NCBI RefSeq assembly: GCF_964194025.1 | Contig: NC_134478.1 | Location: forward strand, 55,428,001-55,492,000 | Reading direction: 5' to 3' | Source: Convolutriloba macropyga | Taxonomy: Eukaryota | Length of the DNA: 64,000 nucleotides | Part shown: one piece after another, positions 36,301-49,532 of the stretch | How positions within the stretch are numbered: position 1 is the stretch's first letter | How the letters are laid out: every line of letters begins with the position of its first letter | Program-made: the position numbers and the translations under genes | The notes under the pieces: generated by a model | Seen by the model: only the letters and a program-made list of their open reading frames with translations | The model's database searches: none | Told to the model about the DNA's origin: nothing

Positions 36301-36719
36301 AAGTGAACGAATTAGGAGCTTAAAAATTGCAATTTAGCGCGTCTCAGACAGCATGCATTATGTTAGGCTGCATGTTTAAGGACCGTTAAAAAATTTGAGG
36401 AACATGGTGGTTGCATCCGTCTCTTACTGAAATAATTTTCATCCGCGGTTTTGCGGTGACTGACTTGTCTTGCATCTCTGACATCTTTCGGCTCATTGGC
36501 ACTCGAGGTTCCGTGATTTTTGTGTCATTGACTCTTTTCACATTTGGGTCAATGACTCTTTCTATCTGCTCTTTTTCGAACATTGACCTTTTAAGAGATC
36601 TTTTTTCCGGTCATTGACCTCGCGCGATATCTTCTTAACCATGCTGCTCGAGAGCTCTTAAACATGCTCTACGAGAGCTCTTAAACATGCTTTTTCGCCT
36701 TTCGTTAAACATGGTACCT

Positions 36720-36876
36720 TATATAGTAAGTCCCATAAAGTTGCAACGCAAGCAAACGTTCGAAAAGCTCGTGGCATGCAAATGGTCAGTGTTTTGCTAG
36801 ATATCTGCATGTTTTAAATTTGAACTTTGACCTTTGAAACGTTCGATAGCGTTGCAACTTTATGGGACTGACTATA
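36720..36876. mobile_element. TA-target (Tc1/mariner-like) MITE
   Basis: TIR TATAG..GTCCCATAAAGTTGCAAC / GTTGCAACTTTATGGGAC..CTATA. Confidence 0.75.
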
Positions 36877-38926
36877 ATGTCATACAAATAATATATAGGA
36901 TGGTCAACAAAAAAACAGTTCAGTGGTTTAACGTCGTCAGCCTCATTATAAAAGTGCACCACACAGGTTCTGAATCCTTTCGCTGTCTCCCAAGACTTTT
37001 ACTTTTCATTGTCTCCGAACACAAACTTTTAAACACAGTCTGAAAATTTATAAACTTTTAAAGCTGTTGATTATTATGACTGCTATAAATTTATCAGCGC
37101 TGCAGCAGAACTTCGAGCAACAAACTCTTTTGGTTTCAGTTAAAACTGTTGAAAGGGATATGTCCTTCTAATTTTCCCATAGTAAGAGCAGAAAATTCGA
37201 TCGTACGGGTTGGCTTAAAAAATTGAAGCAATGAGAAGTATACTCAAAACGAGCATCGTGAGATTTAGGAGGTTCTCTCACCACATTCGGGAGAGGCACA
37301 TTATGATAACACGGTAAACAAGGATGTGAGCGGAGCAGGATTCGATGCCATCAGCGTCAAGGTAATCAGAATTTTTTGTTGCCTGAGAAGACTGATAATT
37401 TAATAAGTTTATCTTGGGATTTGTTACGGAACCAGCATCTGTCTCTGACGTTACTGGAGCAGGTTTGCAAGAAACTAGGTAAAGAAGCAGTAAATTAGCA
37501 ACCTTATTGCTCGTCTCTTTCTCAGAAGGAACTGGTGAATGAAGAATCAAGGCAAGCTTGAGGATAGTGAAATAGGTATGGCATCTTTTGGTCCATTAGA
37601 TAGATAAGCAGCCTTGAATTTGTGCAAAAATCTCTAAAAAAGTAGATTTCTACAAGAAAGGGCTTTTGAGACAAAAAATGCACTGATACTCTTAAGTGTT
37701 TTATAATGCTTTCGAGCATACATGAGTTTTAACTATCAAAAAGCAGCGATTAAAGCTTTTTGGGAACTTCGTCTGAGACTTTCAGCATGAGCAAGAAATG
37801 ACCACTGTATTGAAGCAAATAAAAACTAACTTTCTTTCTTTCTTTCTTTATTTACAGAACAACAGTTTTCAAAAACTACAAAAAAATCGATGAGCACAGA
37901 AAGAGTCTGAAAATTCAAAAAACACTGCATCATTCTTTCTGCCTTCCTTTCATTTCTGACTTAGATTTGATTAGAAAAACCATTTTCGTTTCCTGTCATA
38001 GCTAATCACTGATTGATTTCCATGACGACGCAAGAAAATTCCCACTTTCCTCAATATCCTAATGCATTAAAAACTAAAGGAATCTATTTTTTGGTTATAA
38101 ATGTCAGAACCCAGGATAATTCTTGTACTGAAGATACCCTTAAGACAACAGACTTCAGCCTGAACTGCTAAATATACTGCTTTATCTATTTTTCATTGAC
38201 TTGGGAACACACTTAAGCAAATACAAGACGCCTACTTTTATCTCTAAGATATCGTTTAGGATAAATGTTATAGCACTTCACGTCGCGTGGAAGCTGACGC
38301 GTGCAATAATGGAACAATTTATCCTTCCCTCGTACTTCGCACAGACCGTAAGATTCTCATTTTCTATAAAAATTCAACGAAAAGTAAAAAGGGTCAGTAC
38401 AAAAATCTGTCAAGCAAAACAATGCATAAAAGACAGGACTAATATAATTGCTTCAATTTAAGACTAATATATTGCTTTATTTAAGAGCAATTAGAATTTT
38501 CTTGCACTGATGACCTAAAGCAAGACTTGACTTGTCCATGGGAGATAAAGTTTTGGCGAAGATATAGGAATACGAAGAACGAAACAGTTCATATTTGTAA
38601 ATATCATATTCGGCCAATGTGCATGAAGTCAATTTGTTTTCCTATTGTTTTCATAATTTTTCATATTGTTTTCCTTTTTTTCCAAATGAAGTTTTCTACG
38701 TAATTAACTACCAAACATCAAAAATATGCCAATTGTTCTTTTCCAAATTGACGAGTAAAAAAAAGTCAGATGTAACATTCACATTGTTTCTCGTTTCTCC
38801 AGTACAATATTTGGATCTCATTTGTTAACTGTTACAAATTCTGAGTGAAAGGAATATAGATCCCACGGAGACTAGATTCTAGATCCAATCTCATCTTAAC
38901 TTAGGCATTTTTGTCTGCTAACTTAC

Positions 38927-39133
38927 TTCCAATTCGGAGCCTTTCTGGTTTGGCAATCGATAGGAGACGTTTTCCATGGCTAAATCTATCTTCTCTCTGA
39001 ACTTTAGTCCCCCCATTAGAAGATAAGTTCAATTTCTCAGAAGTAGCATTATCATTGGCAGCTTTCATATTTTCTTTCTTCTTGTAGCTTGATGTGTTAG
39101 CCGTCATTCTAATCCATTCATTCTTCCGATAAT
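38927..39133 (-). CDS. ABCB10: ABCB10-like exon (N-terminal region up to the start of TM1)
   Basis: ttaacag acceptor and GTAAGT donor. Encodes ...HGKRLLSIAKPERLRIG, resembling the ABCB10 segment before TM1. Phase 1 joins in frame to the exon starting at 7863. Confidence 0.85.
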
Positions 39134-39240
39134 CTGTTAAACAAATAATTAAACAAAGATAAACTTCTTGTTAATTACAAGAAATTTGCAAAAACTTTTC
39201 AATGATGCCAAATTTTGAATCGAAGTTACCAATTGACATA

Positions 39241-39823
39241 TATAGCGTGTCCCATAAAGTTGAAATAAGCGAACGTTTCAAAAGCCACGGATTCGAGCTC
39301 AAAGGTCAAAGTTCAAATTTAAAACATGTCGAAAAAATTGATGAATGAAAACTGCATGGAGAAAACGTTGACATTCAAACGAGCACATTGATGCTCAATT
39401 GCACGTTTTTGGCGTTTTCGAACGTTCGCTTATTTCAACTTTATGGGACAGACTATAGTAAGTTCTATAAAGTTGCAACCCAAGCGAACGTTCGAAAAGC
39501 TCGGGGCATGCAAATGGACAGTGTTTTGCTAGATATCTGCACGTTTCAAAATTGAACTTTGACCTTTGAAACGTTCGATAGCGTTGCAACTTTATGGGAC
39601 TGACTATAGTCTTGTCCCATAAAGTGGAAATAAGTGATCGTTTCAATATTTCAAAAGCAAGGGGTTGGAGTTCAAAGTTCAATTTTAAAACATGTCGAAA
39701 AACTTGGCGATTGAAAGCTTAACGGGGAAAATGTTGACATTCAAATGACCACATTGATGCTCAATTGCACGATTTTGGCGTTTTTCGAACGTTGGCTCAT
39801 TTCAACATTATGGGACAGACTAT
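39241..39823. mobile_element. Three abutting copies of the TA-target MITE (A-B-A)
   Basis: Three consecutive TIR pairs joined at CTATAG junctions (~39455 and ~39606). The middle copy is nearly identical to 36720-36876. Confidence 0.8.
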
Positions 39824-42800
39824 ATATGCAGCAAAAATTTAATCGACAGTCAGATTCGAAACAGACAGAAAAGAATGAGAAAAAGAATATGCTCACTTGA
39901 AAACAAGCTAACACAAGAATATCGTATCAAGTTATCAACAATGATTAACAATTATTTAAAACACGTTCCAGAGCGAGCATTTTGCAAATATTATTAAGTT
40001 TGGCTGTGCGCATTTTTGAATATAAACTATTTGCAACGCAAATAACGTGTCAGTCAGCGGCATCAAAATTTAATTTTTGATCATTCGATTTGTGTTATCA
40101 GAATTTTTTTAAATTCAACTTCTAAAAACAGTTCAAGTAGGTCAAAACTTAACTACGCTCATAGCACACATTGGCCAATTCATACAATTGAGATTTGCCA
40201 TCCCTGCCATTAAACTGAGCTAGAATGAAAAACATAACCGAATAACGTCGGAAGAATCGCTCTCGAACGACTAGTGGGAGCTCTAATCTATTGCAGCCTG
40301 CTTCAGTCGGGGGGGGGGGGGAGCTAAAATCACAAAATCACTACGGGGCTTCAAATGACGACATTAGGGGTCATTATATACCATCATTACACAAATTAAA
40401 TAAATGACATCAATTTAGGCGCATTTTTTATTAATTATGAGAGAAATTTGGATCAAGCAAAGCAAAAAGTCAAGGGCACAAAAACCACTCGAAAAGACAA
40501 ATTGATCGAGCAAAAATTGTGCATAAAAAAGACCAACACGTTTGCAAAAATTGCTACCAACTTCCTTCGGGAGAAAAGTAGGACAAGTCCTGAATTACAA
40601 TCCAAAGAAATTATTTTATTTATGTACTAAACATAACTCTCTTCCAGCAACATCAAACTTTGCCTGTCATTAAAGCATGGGTCTTCAAATCCGCAAAAAT
40701 AAACACAATCTGAAAATAATTTTTATTCATTTCCCGATCACTAGAGTCATAAAAACGAGTTATCGACAATAACAACTAGTTATCTAACTACTCACCCTAC
40801 GCTTCCATAGAATGCGTACATCATGCGACAACCTTGACTAAGTCAATGAGAGACAAGGTAAATAAAAAAGGGAAAAAATTTCACAAAAGTAAATTTTGAA
40901 ATTTAGTTAATTCAAAGCAAAAAAATATGAAAATATCAATAAACACAGCACAGTTTAAATCTTTAGATTTCAGATTTCAAATTTCATTATGGAAAAAAGG
41001 AAAAAAAACCAAATAATGGCAAGATTCAAAGATTCACTAAAACATTTCAAAAACAATTGGAATCCAGGTCATCAACAAAAAAATCTAAAACAACAGCAAA
41101 ACAAAACTGAAAGGCGAAATTGAAAATACGCAACATATGACGGCAAATTTAAAATTGTTTTTATTGAGAATTAGCTATCAGAACAGATAAAAAGGGGCAA
41201 ACGTCAAAAATTCACCAACATTATAGTGAAAATAAAGAATCAACGTCATGAAAACCGCTGTTACCAATAAACTCAAGCAGATAATTTAGACCCACTTATG
41301 CCCAAGTAAGAAACGGTAGGATATGGAAAAAACGCAATTAACTGATAAGAACAAATATAGGCAACTAACGTCGCGCGAATTGCTCTCAAACGACCGGCGA
41401 GTGGTTGGCTTCGTCAGTATCTAGCCAAGTTTTAGTGAGGCTAATTTTAGGTTAATTGAAGGGGCGTGAGGTGAGCGCGGCGGGAGGGGGTGCAACGGGG
41501 GGAGGGTGATTGGGGGTTGGTAGCAACGGTGGGAATGGGATCTTTGGCTGCACGGGGCCCTTCCGGCCTGAATAATGTGCAGAGGTGGGGATTGGGGGTG
41601 TGAAGGGAGGGGACTGATGTAAGGTGGGGGGTATGTTTTTTTTTTTTGGGGGGGGGGGGGGTTATGTTGTGTGTGTGTGTGTGGGGGGGGGGTGGTCAAC
41701 ATCAAAGAAGCCACCCTTCACACCATACGTAAAAGTCTCCAAAACAGTTTCTGTGAATCGCAGAATTGGAGACTAGTGAGCTGAAAGGCTCTAAGAGAAC
41801 TTAATGCCCGCTGGACGCTACCTCTTTATTCCGTTTTTAAGGGCGAAAAGTCATAGGCCAGACGAAACATCGGTCAAGCAAAAAATCGCATAAAAAAGAC
41901 AAACAGGACTAATGTAGTTACCACAAACTTCGTTTGAAAACATTTTTTGAAAAATAGTGTAAAGATAGTAGAAGTCACCGGCCAAAACTTGAAACAAAAA
42001 CTAGGTTAATTACGGGCCCATTGGCAACCGGAAAGACTTGCCCAATTAGAAATCAATTGATAAGACAACCAAAGAAACACAACCAGGCAAAATTTAAAAA
42101 TTCGCAAACATTTTCTGACAACAATAATGTTAAAGAAAAATTTTGGTAGGAACTGAAAAAAAAAATGTTTCACCTATGCCTCAGCAGCAGCTGTTTAGAG
42201 CTGCCATTATTGAGGGTTAGAGTAAAGACAACAAACACGTGCAAACATTAAAATATGCTGTTATAGTTTATGATAATTGGTTCGAAGTTATAAGAAGCAT
42301 TAGCTGCCGGTTCAGGGCTTCAAGCAATTGCAAATAGACGCAACTGGTATGCATGTGTTACTTTTTTTAACACCACTCAAGAGAACTGCTCTGAAAACAG
42401 AAGTCAAGTTCCGCGCATGAAGAAAAATTAATTTACAAAAACTGAAAATTTTTTCTACCACAACATTCTCACTCCACGTTAAAGGTAGTTTCAATTAAAT
42501 CACTCGTCGAACCTAACAGCCATTTTGATCTTTTTACTACTCCAGCATGACTAAAATCACCACTCGAATTCGATCAAATTGACATCTCATTGACATTAAA
42601 AAGTCAAAGAGAGCGCACCCAAAATATCCAAATCTTTGGATTGTAATAACCGGCTAATGGTGGTCGGGGAGCTAAGGGGTAATTGGTAGGAGGTCAAACT
42701 CAAAAACACGCCCTTCACGCCATTATTTTATCTATCTTAAACAGTTTCGTTGGAGCGCGTACCTAGAGACTAGTGAACTAAGAACCTGTTCTAGAGAATC

Positions 42801-43046
42801 TGTTTATCCCGTTTTTGAGGACGAAAATTCAAAATGGTCAGACAAAACAAACCACCAGAAGAAAATGGTAGAACGAAAAACCGCATAAAAAACAGCAAGA
42901 CTTATTATTTCCTTGGTTCGAGGACAAAATATTTGTTTGAGGACAATTAGATTTCTTAACAGTTCTTAACAGCCCGACAAAAACGTCAGTATGATTAATT
43001 AATAGCCACGGAGCGATAGCGGGTATTACTGGGGACATCGTGGTTT

Positions 43047-43571
43047 TTATAATTCAAAGAATTTGAATTGTATTGGGGCGCTGTCGTTATTTTAAGATCT
43101 GTTCACACATTTTCATGATTTTTGAAGTCAAATTGGTGTAGTGATTTTGGTCACGCCGAAACAGGAAAAGAAGCGAAAAATCGAGTGCTTTTGTGGCGTG
43201 AATTTTTTTACTCTAATTTTAAAGAGAGAAAAAACGGTGTTTGAACAAAAATTCGCTTTCTCGCTAGTGGTTTTTTGTTCACATGCGGCAATTTCACTTT
43301 GGTTTTTTCAATTTTTGGATCGGATTTTTTTCTAAATGGTTTTTCCAATCCATTCATAGTTCATTCTAGGCCTAGTTTTTTGTTAGAATCAAATTTACAT
43401 TTCTCGCTAGCGGTTTTTTGTTCTCCCTAGCGGAATTTTGACAATTTGTTTTTTGATCTGATTTTTTAGAAATGGTTTTCCCAATTCGCTCATAGTCCGT
43501 TTTAGGTCTAGTTTTTTGTTTAGTCCATGAAAATTCTTTGAATTGTACGTCAGGACTTCTCCTGCTATGTT
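43047..43571 (+). mobile_element. HINE family 3 copy
   Basis: Subterminal IR AATTCAAAGAATT/AATTCTTTGAATT, hairpin CAGGA-CTTC-TCCTG and 3' end CTATGTTTT. Related ends at 26693 and 50097. Confidence 0.65.
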
Positions 43572-43707
43572 TTTTAATTCGTCGTCTGCATCGATGATTT
43601 TTACGACCGACTAGTTGAAATTTGTGTGCCTTTCGTCATTTGTTCTCACTCAAAAAAATGACTTCTGAACTCACTTATGGAACATTAAACTTTAGAACAT
43701 TTACTAG

Positions 43708-44123
43708 AACATAACCGACTAAACGTCGGAAGTATTGCTTTCGAACAACTTGTGGGAGCTCTAATCAATTGCAGCCTGCTTCAATCGGGGGGGGGGGAGG
43801 GGGGGAGGGGGGAGCCTAAATGGGACTAAGAAGTTCAATAGTGGGCTTCAAATAACCACATTAGAGATAAACATATACCACTATTAAGATTTAAAGTAAA
43901 AAATGACACCGGTTTCGGCTCAGTTTTCATTTGACTTTTAGTATTAAATTGCCGCCAATTGAGTTCAGCTGCTTGAAATCGTGATTGAGAGAGAATTTTA
44001 GATCACGCAAAACGCAAAAAGTCAAGGGCGTAAAAGTCACTCGAAAAGTCAACCGAAAATTTTGCATAAAAAAGACACACACGTTTACGATAATTGCTAT
44101 GAACTTCGTTCAAGAGCAATTAA
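43708..44123 (-). mobile_element. HINE family 1 copy
   Basis: Same termini and interior as 3648-4078. Further copies or ends lie near 80-99, 1850-2188, 27141, 29011, 40230-40570 and 41353-41940. Confidence 0.75.
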
Positions 44124-44872
44124 TAAAGATCAAAAGTGTAAGTGAATCAATGTCAATCATTAAGTAGTGCCAAACTTATATGCCCTAATTCTCGATTATT
44201 AAGAGTCTTGAGTTTTTGATTTCGAATATCAATTTTGAAAAAACCTCTTTTAGGGATTTTTCCGTATGTGTCATAAAATTGACAGTCCGAATCTAACCCA
44301 AAAAGTCTAGTGGTCTATTTTTGGGTTGGTGGTCGATCTGTCTATCTTATTCTTTAGTTGTTTCAATTCATGAAAGGCCATAAACGTCTATCGCGGCTAT
44401 TTTCCGGCAATCTGCCGGCTATGTTTTTCATTTTCTGTTCGAAATCGTTGTTTCCATCAACCACTTTTTATTGTGTTGAGTACAGTATACTAAAATTTCA
44501 AAAAGTTTAGGACACTTTCAATTGATTAGTTGAAAAGGGAAAAGGGCACAAACGCTTATTAAAACGGAATTTTCAAATGAACTTTCCAATTGAAAAGATG
44601 CGGATCTATTCTGTTTAGTGCCCCCCCCCCCCCCCCCGCCGCTGCTTAGTGGGTGCATATTATTTGCACCACACAGACGCACCCGCCATATAATTACATA
44701 ATGATTTACAATGTAATGGCACTTGCTCTGTAACTAGGGGGTGCAGTTCTGATAGAAAAACGGATGCAAAATACAAAATACACTTCAGTTAACTTTTCAA
44801 ACATACGTTAGACAACTTCAGTGGGATTGGAAACCGCCCTGTGTATTATGAATCGAAATCAAACAGTTTTCG

Positions 44873-44944
44873 GTCCAGATCGTCTAGTGGTTAGGACATT
44901 GCGTTGTGGCCGCAATAACCCAGGTTCGAATCCTGGTCTGGACA
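44873..44944 (+). tRNA. tRNA-His (GTG)
   Basis: Well-formed cloverleaf: acceptor GTCCAGA/TCTGGAC, anticodon arm TTGCG-TTGTGGC-CGCAA, T arm CCAGG-TTCGAAT-CCTGG; T4 terminator downstream. Confidence 0.96.
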
Positions 44945-45223
44945 TAACTTTTGTGTAGGTATTAAACATTATATTTATTACGTCTGAAATGACGTCAAAC
45001 TTCTAAGCGTACGTTCTATTTACACATAAATGTGATAACATTAATTTGTAACCGGGGGGGTCCTGAAAACTCCTCCTAGGGGCACACAGAATGTATTTAA
45101 TAATAATATATTGCCCACGACTGCAAAAGCTTTTAATTAGCTGTCAATTGTTTCACTTTCTGAACTGCAGTTCCTAATTAAGAGCTACCACTCCACTAGG
45201 CGACAATTCTATCAAGCATCACC

Positions 45224-45294
45224 GCATCGGTGGTTCAGTGGTAGAATTGTCGCCTGCCACGCGATAGACCCGGGTTCGATTCCCGGCCGATGCA
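45224..45294 (+). tRNA. tRNA-Gly (GCC)
   Basis: Acceptor GCATCGG/CCGATGC, anticodon loop CTGCCAC, T arm CCGGG-TTCGATT-CCCGG; oligo-T terminator. Confidence 0.96.
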
Positions 45295-45477
45295 CATTTT
45301 TCTTTTTTATCTGTCAAACTTACTTTATCGCCCAGTCATTCGAGTAGTAATGAAAAATAAGCAGGGCGTTTATATCGAGGAAAAGCTTCAAATTTTTTTT
45401 TTTGGGGGGGGGGGTGCAAAAATATCAGCTATATAGGGCTGGGGGCTGTAACAAAAAGAGCTATAGTTCGGTTCGCC

Positions 45478-45954
45478 GTAATGGGGAGGACCCAAACTAA
45501 GTAAAACAGAAATGCAAAAAGAGGTGCTAGGAAAATTGGCCGGCAGGGCGTTTAGCCGACAAGTAAAAATGAGAAATTTAGCCGACAGTTTTATCATAAT
45601 TGGTCATAAAAGTCCATAATTGGTCCATAATCAGTAGTTCGGTTATGATAGATTCATATTAAGTCCCACGGGCCGCTGAGGCATGGCCATGGCCCGCGAG
45701 GCAAGGCCAGATGTGGTTAAATACCTTTGTTACGCTAGTTGATAGACCTTCGTTACACCAGTCGATGAAAAAACTGCGGTGTATTTGTCCGCTTACGAAA
45801 TAGTGTTTTAAATTGGCCAATCACAGCTTCAGAATAAGTTTTATTGCTCATTTTACTTAAATTGTCGGTTGAATTTCTCATTTTTTGGTTGTCGGCTAAA
45901 CGCCCTGTCGGCCAATACGGCGGCCACCGCAAATATTAGACCTCCATTACTGTA
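45478..45954. mobile_element. MITE-like element with long internal inverted repeats
   Basis: gtaatggggagg../..cctccattac and ttggccggcagggcgtttagccgacaa/ttgtcggctaaacgccctgtcggccaa. Confidence 0.55.
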
Positions 45955-46149
45955 TATTTGGGGGTAGCATAACGCACAAGGGGCACAAACTGAAAAAAAA
46001 TTGAGACCCTCTTTAAGCTCTAAAACAACTTATTAGTAGTCGAAGTTACGGTAATCTGTACAAAATGAGAGCAAAACTTCAATAAATCTTGAATTTATGC
46101 ATGCTCATGAAAAACCACTTCATCGTCAATTTGAAAACCCAATTATTTG

Positions 46150-46452
46150 AAAAAACACACCTCCGAAATTCCATTTCGCATTTTCAACTTGCAATCTTGC
46201 TTTTCGACCTGCCGAAGACCATAAATTTAGTTTTGAAGGTATTGTATTGACTGTCAGTCACTTTTGCATTAGACAATTTGACAGTGTTTAAAACACTTTG
46301 ATGATCTGCGACTAAAATATGACGGCACTGGCAATATGATTCCACTGGCTTTAAAGCAGCGCCATCTGAATTCATTCTTGAGCCATTCTGACCTCGTATT
46401 CAAAACAATTATAGCGGACCCAGTATAGAGCCTTGAGGAACGCCGCAGTTGA
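46150..46452 (-). pseudogene. Non-LTR retrotransposon RT fragment
   Basis: CGVPQGSILGPL at ~46412-46447 and a downstream N..KTKFMVF motif. Confidence 0.65.
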
Positions 46453-48242
46453 AATGTTGTTTTTTTTTTAGTAAAAATAGCTTCTTTTGAAACAGGATCC
46501 CGAGAAATTATATTCTACCCTTTTACTTCAGCCAAGATGAGATCCGCGAGCATTCGATCATTATTTTTTGTCACAGAGAGATTATTTTTTTAAGTCAGGA
46601 ATATCATAAATTTTATCATTTTTAGTTCCATTAAATTTTTATGTAAGGAATACTATAATTTTATCATTTATTATGTATTTTGCCAGCATATTTCTCTTCC
46701 TTCCATTGACAAGCTATAAATCGGAAAATATTTTTAAAAATTACGCCAGTATACAGGCGAAGCGTAATTTCATAATGGACAGTGGATAACAACAAGCATC
46801 GGATACAATAAAAGCTAAAACAACAACAAAACAAAAACAAATACGATTGTTGACGAAGTTGTGAAAAAAATTAAAGCTCAGGTTTAATGCCAACCCACTC
46901 AGAGTTTTGCGCAGATGCATACCCGGCAGATTGCCGGAAAAAAAGCCGCCATTGAATCCCTTAACACCAATTGGGATTGAAGGAACAGAAAAACAATGAT
47001 AAAAATTGACTGTTGTACAAAAAGAGCAAACTATTTTTTATTGGATTTCGTAGTTATGCATCCTCCTGTTTCTTAATGAGAGGATGCTAGTATCAATGCC
47101 AAAACGCCTTAGAGAGGGTAACTAAGACTTATAAGAACAAAGTTCAAGAGCCGGGCATGAAAAATGGGCTTTATGGGTTGATCCCATTTCTATTTCTGAT
47201 TTCGATATTTTTGATACTGACTTTTTGAAAATGAATCGCATTGCTGAGTAACTGCTTTTTAGAAGCACTTTGATCTGAATGCGCAAAGAATGAATCTAGC
47301 CTAGAGAAGAGAATTCACGCAAAATGTTGAACAAGAGGGTAAAGCGAAACATATTTTTGTTCGACGAAGTAGAAATTCATAGCTCTGAAAAACAATTAGA
47401 AGAATTGAAGCAACTGAAGACAACAAAATCAGTCTCATTTTAATTTTAATTTCTGTTTTAAAAAAACGTGTTATCGAAGTCATTATTCCTAACAACGTCA
47501 ACCTCAGAAGACTCACAAAATGGGAGCTTAGAGAGCCCACGCAAAAATTTTGTAGAAAAAAAACATTATAGAAAAAACAAAAAAGATAAAAGGACAACAC
47601 AACCGATATTTAGCAGAAATGATTTGAGAATTCCAATGAAAACAAGTGTCGAAAAAACCAGTGTCACAGCCAATAAAATTATAATCTAAAGACCTTAACC
47701 ATTATATAAATCCAATTATAACTATAGGGAAAGCAAATGAGACCTAGCATTTTGAATTATAAAACGTAATAATCCAAAAAAATCTCCAATAATTTTTGAA
47801 AACAGGTGGCGGAAAAGTCATTAAAACCTGCAGGTTTGCAAATAAAAACTAGATAAAATATTCCTAATAAGAAAGCCAATGAGACCTATTATTTATTAGG
47901 TGACAGAACAACAAAACAAACTACAAAAATGAGCAAAACCAAAAACTGATTTTTGAAAACAAGTGGAGTCAAAATAGATGCAATTGTTTCATAGTGAAAA
48001 ACCTTAAAAATGATCAAAATGTGACTCATAATAAGGCCAAGTGACAAAACAAAAAAATAACTATAAAAGATGGATAAATGCAAAAAATTGGTAATATTTT
48101 TCGAACAGATTAAGTGCCAAAGTTGTTAAAACCATTAAAATCAAATCCGATCAATTAATAATTTGAAAGTGCCTCAAAAGAGCCGTTGACAACTAGCATC
48201 GATACGATAAGAACTACAAAAACAGGCAAAAACCAAAAAATG

Positions 48243-48401
48243 GGATCTTTTCCGTTTGTGCCCCCAGTACGATATGCGCCCACCAGTTACAGAGCACGTG
48301 CCATTACACAGTAAATCAATATGTAAAAATATGACACGTGCGTCTGGTGGGTGCAAATAATATGCTCCCACTAAGCTGGGGGGCACAAACGGAAAAGATC
48401 C
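48243..48401. mobile_element. MITE, same family, best-preserved TIRs
   Basis: GGATCTTTTCCGTTTGTGCCCCC / GGGGGCACAAACGGAAAAGATCC, flanked by aaaatg on both sides. Partial copies at ~4130-4315, 4918-5071, 44602-44770 and 49270-49357. Confidence 0.8.
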
Positions 48402-49438
48402 AAAATGTATTTTATTTCATGAAGACGAATAGCGTCAATGACTTTGAGAACCATTAGTTGCATTTTGAGGGGTTTAAATAAGTAAAAGTATGCATTATTA
48501 GAACATACGTATTGCCTTTAAAAGTATTCGTAACGAAAATGAAAATGAAAGCAGCGAATACAGAAGTCAAATTGCAGCACATCAAAAAAAATGCGCTCTG
48601 AAAAACCGTAAATCTGTTTAAACACCATTCTCTTACTTCACTTTAAAAAGTAATAGGAAATTCACGCTTTTTAATAACTCGATTTTCGCTCTTCTTATTG
48701 CTACAGCGTGACTGAAATCACTAACCCAAATTGGCGTCAAAAGTGTGAAAAAAAGCATAAATTCTAAATTATAGTAATTTATATGTAGGTCATGAAAAAC
48801 AAGAAATCAGGCGTGTATCAAGTGAAGCTCAAAAAATCACTGAAAAAGTCAAGCGAAAAAAAGTTCTAGAGCATTTGTAAAACTGCAAAAGAGTGTCCCA
48901 ACTTTATAATACGTAAACGAAAAAAAATCCGATATAAAAAACTCGAGTCGTAAAAACTCGAGTCATTAGAAAGAATTCTGTAAATCATTATCAAAACTAA
49001 CATTAAAAAAATGCTCTCCAACTATCAGCATGTGGCAGTTCTGAAAACTAACATTAAAAAAATGCAAAAAAAAATGCTCTAACAGCAATTTACAGAAAAC
49101 TAACATTAAAAAAATGCTCTCCAACTATCAGCATGTGGCAGAAATGAATCAAATAGCGCTCGCTTAGAGAGGTGAGAAAGTTTGTTTTCATAAGCTAGTG
49201 TGAACAATCTCATTCAGTTTTAAAGCTGATAATGTTTTTTATAGCGTAATAAGATGCGGCAGTAGCTATTACAATTATTTCATTATGTAATAGCACGTGT
49301 ATTAATACTGGGGTGCATAACGCACTGGCGGGGTGGGGGCACAAACTGAAAAGATCCTAATTAATAAATACAATTATTAAGATTTAGAATATTGATTATA
49401 TAATTATATCTTCTATAAAATCTACAATTCAAACTTAC

Positions 49439-49532
49439 TTTGTTGGAAGCGGAGCTGAGTGACTCTGAAAGTGGAAGTTGAAATGAGCGATCGAGTAGCC
49501 GAGAATAGCAGCCTCATTGGCACTGCAGACAT
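49439..49532 (-). CDS. ABCB10: ABCB10-like mitochondrial ABC transporter, first coding exon (presequence-like)
   Basis: ATG at 49532 gives MSAVPMRLLFSATRSLISTSTFRVTQLRFQQ (R/S/T-rich, no acidic residues, presequence-like). It ends at a GTAAGT donor in phase 1, matching the phase of the next exon. An upstream acceptor (tttttag) sits at 49619-49620. Confidence 0.65.

Noticed and set aside
37170-37800. More balanced-composition segment with short ORFs and splice-like signals (possible nested gene)
   Set aside because: No consistent frame or recognisable domain, and it is not needed for ABCB10 continuity.
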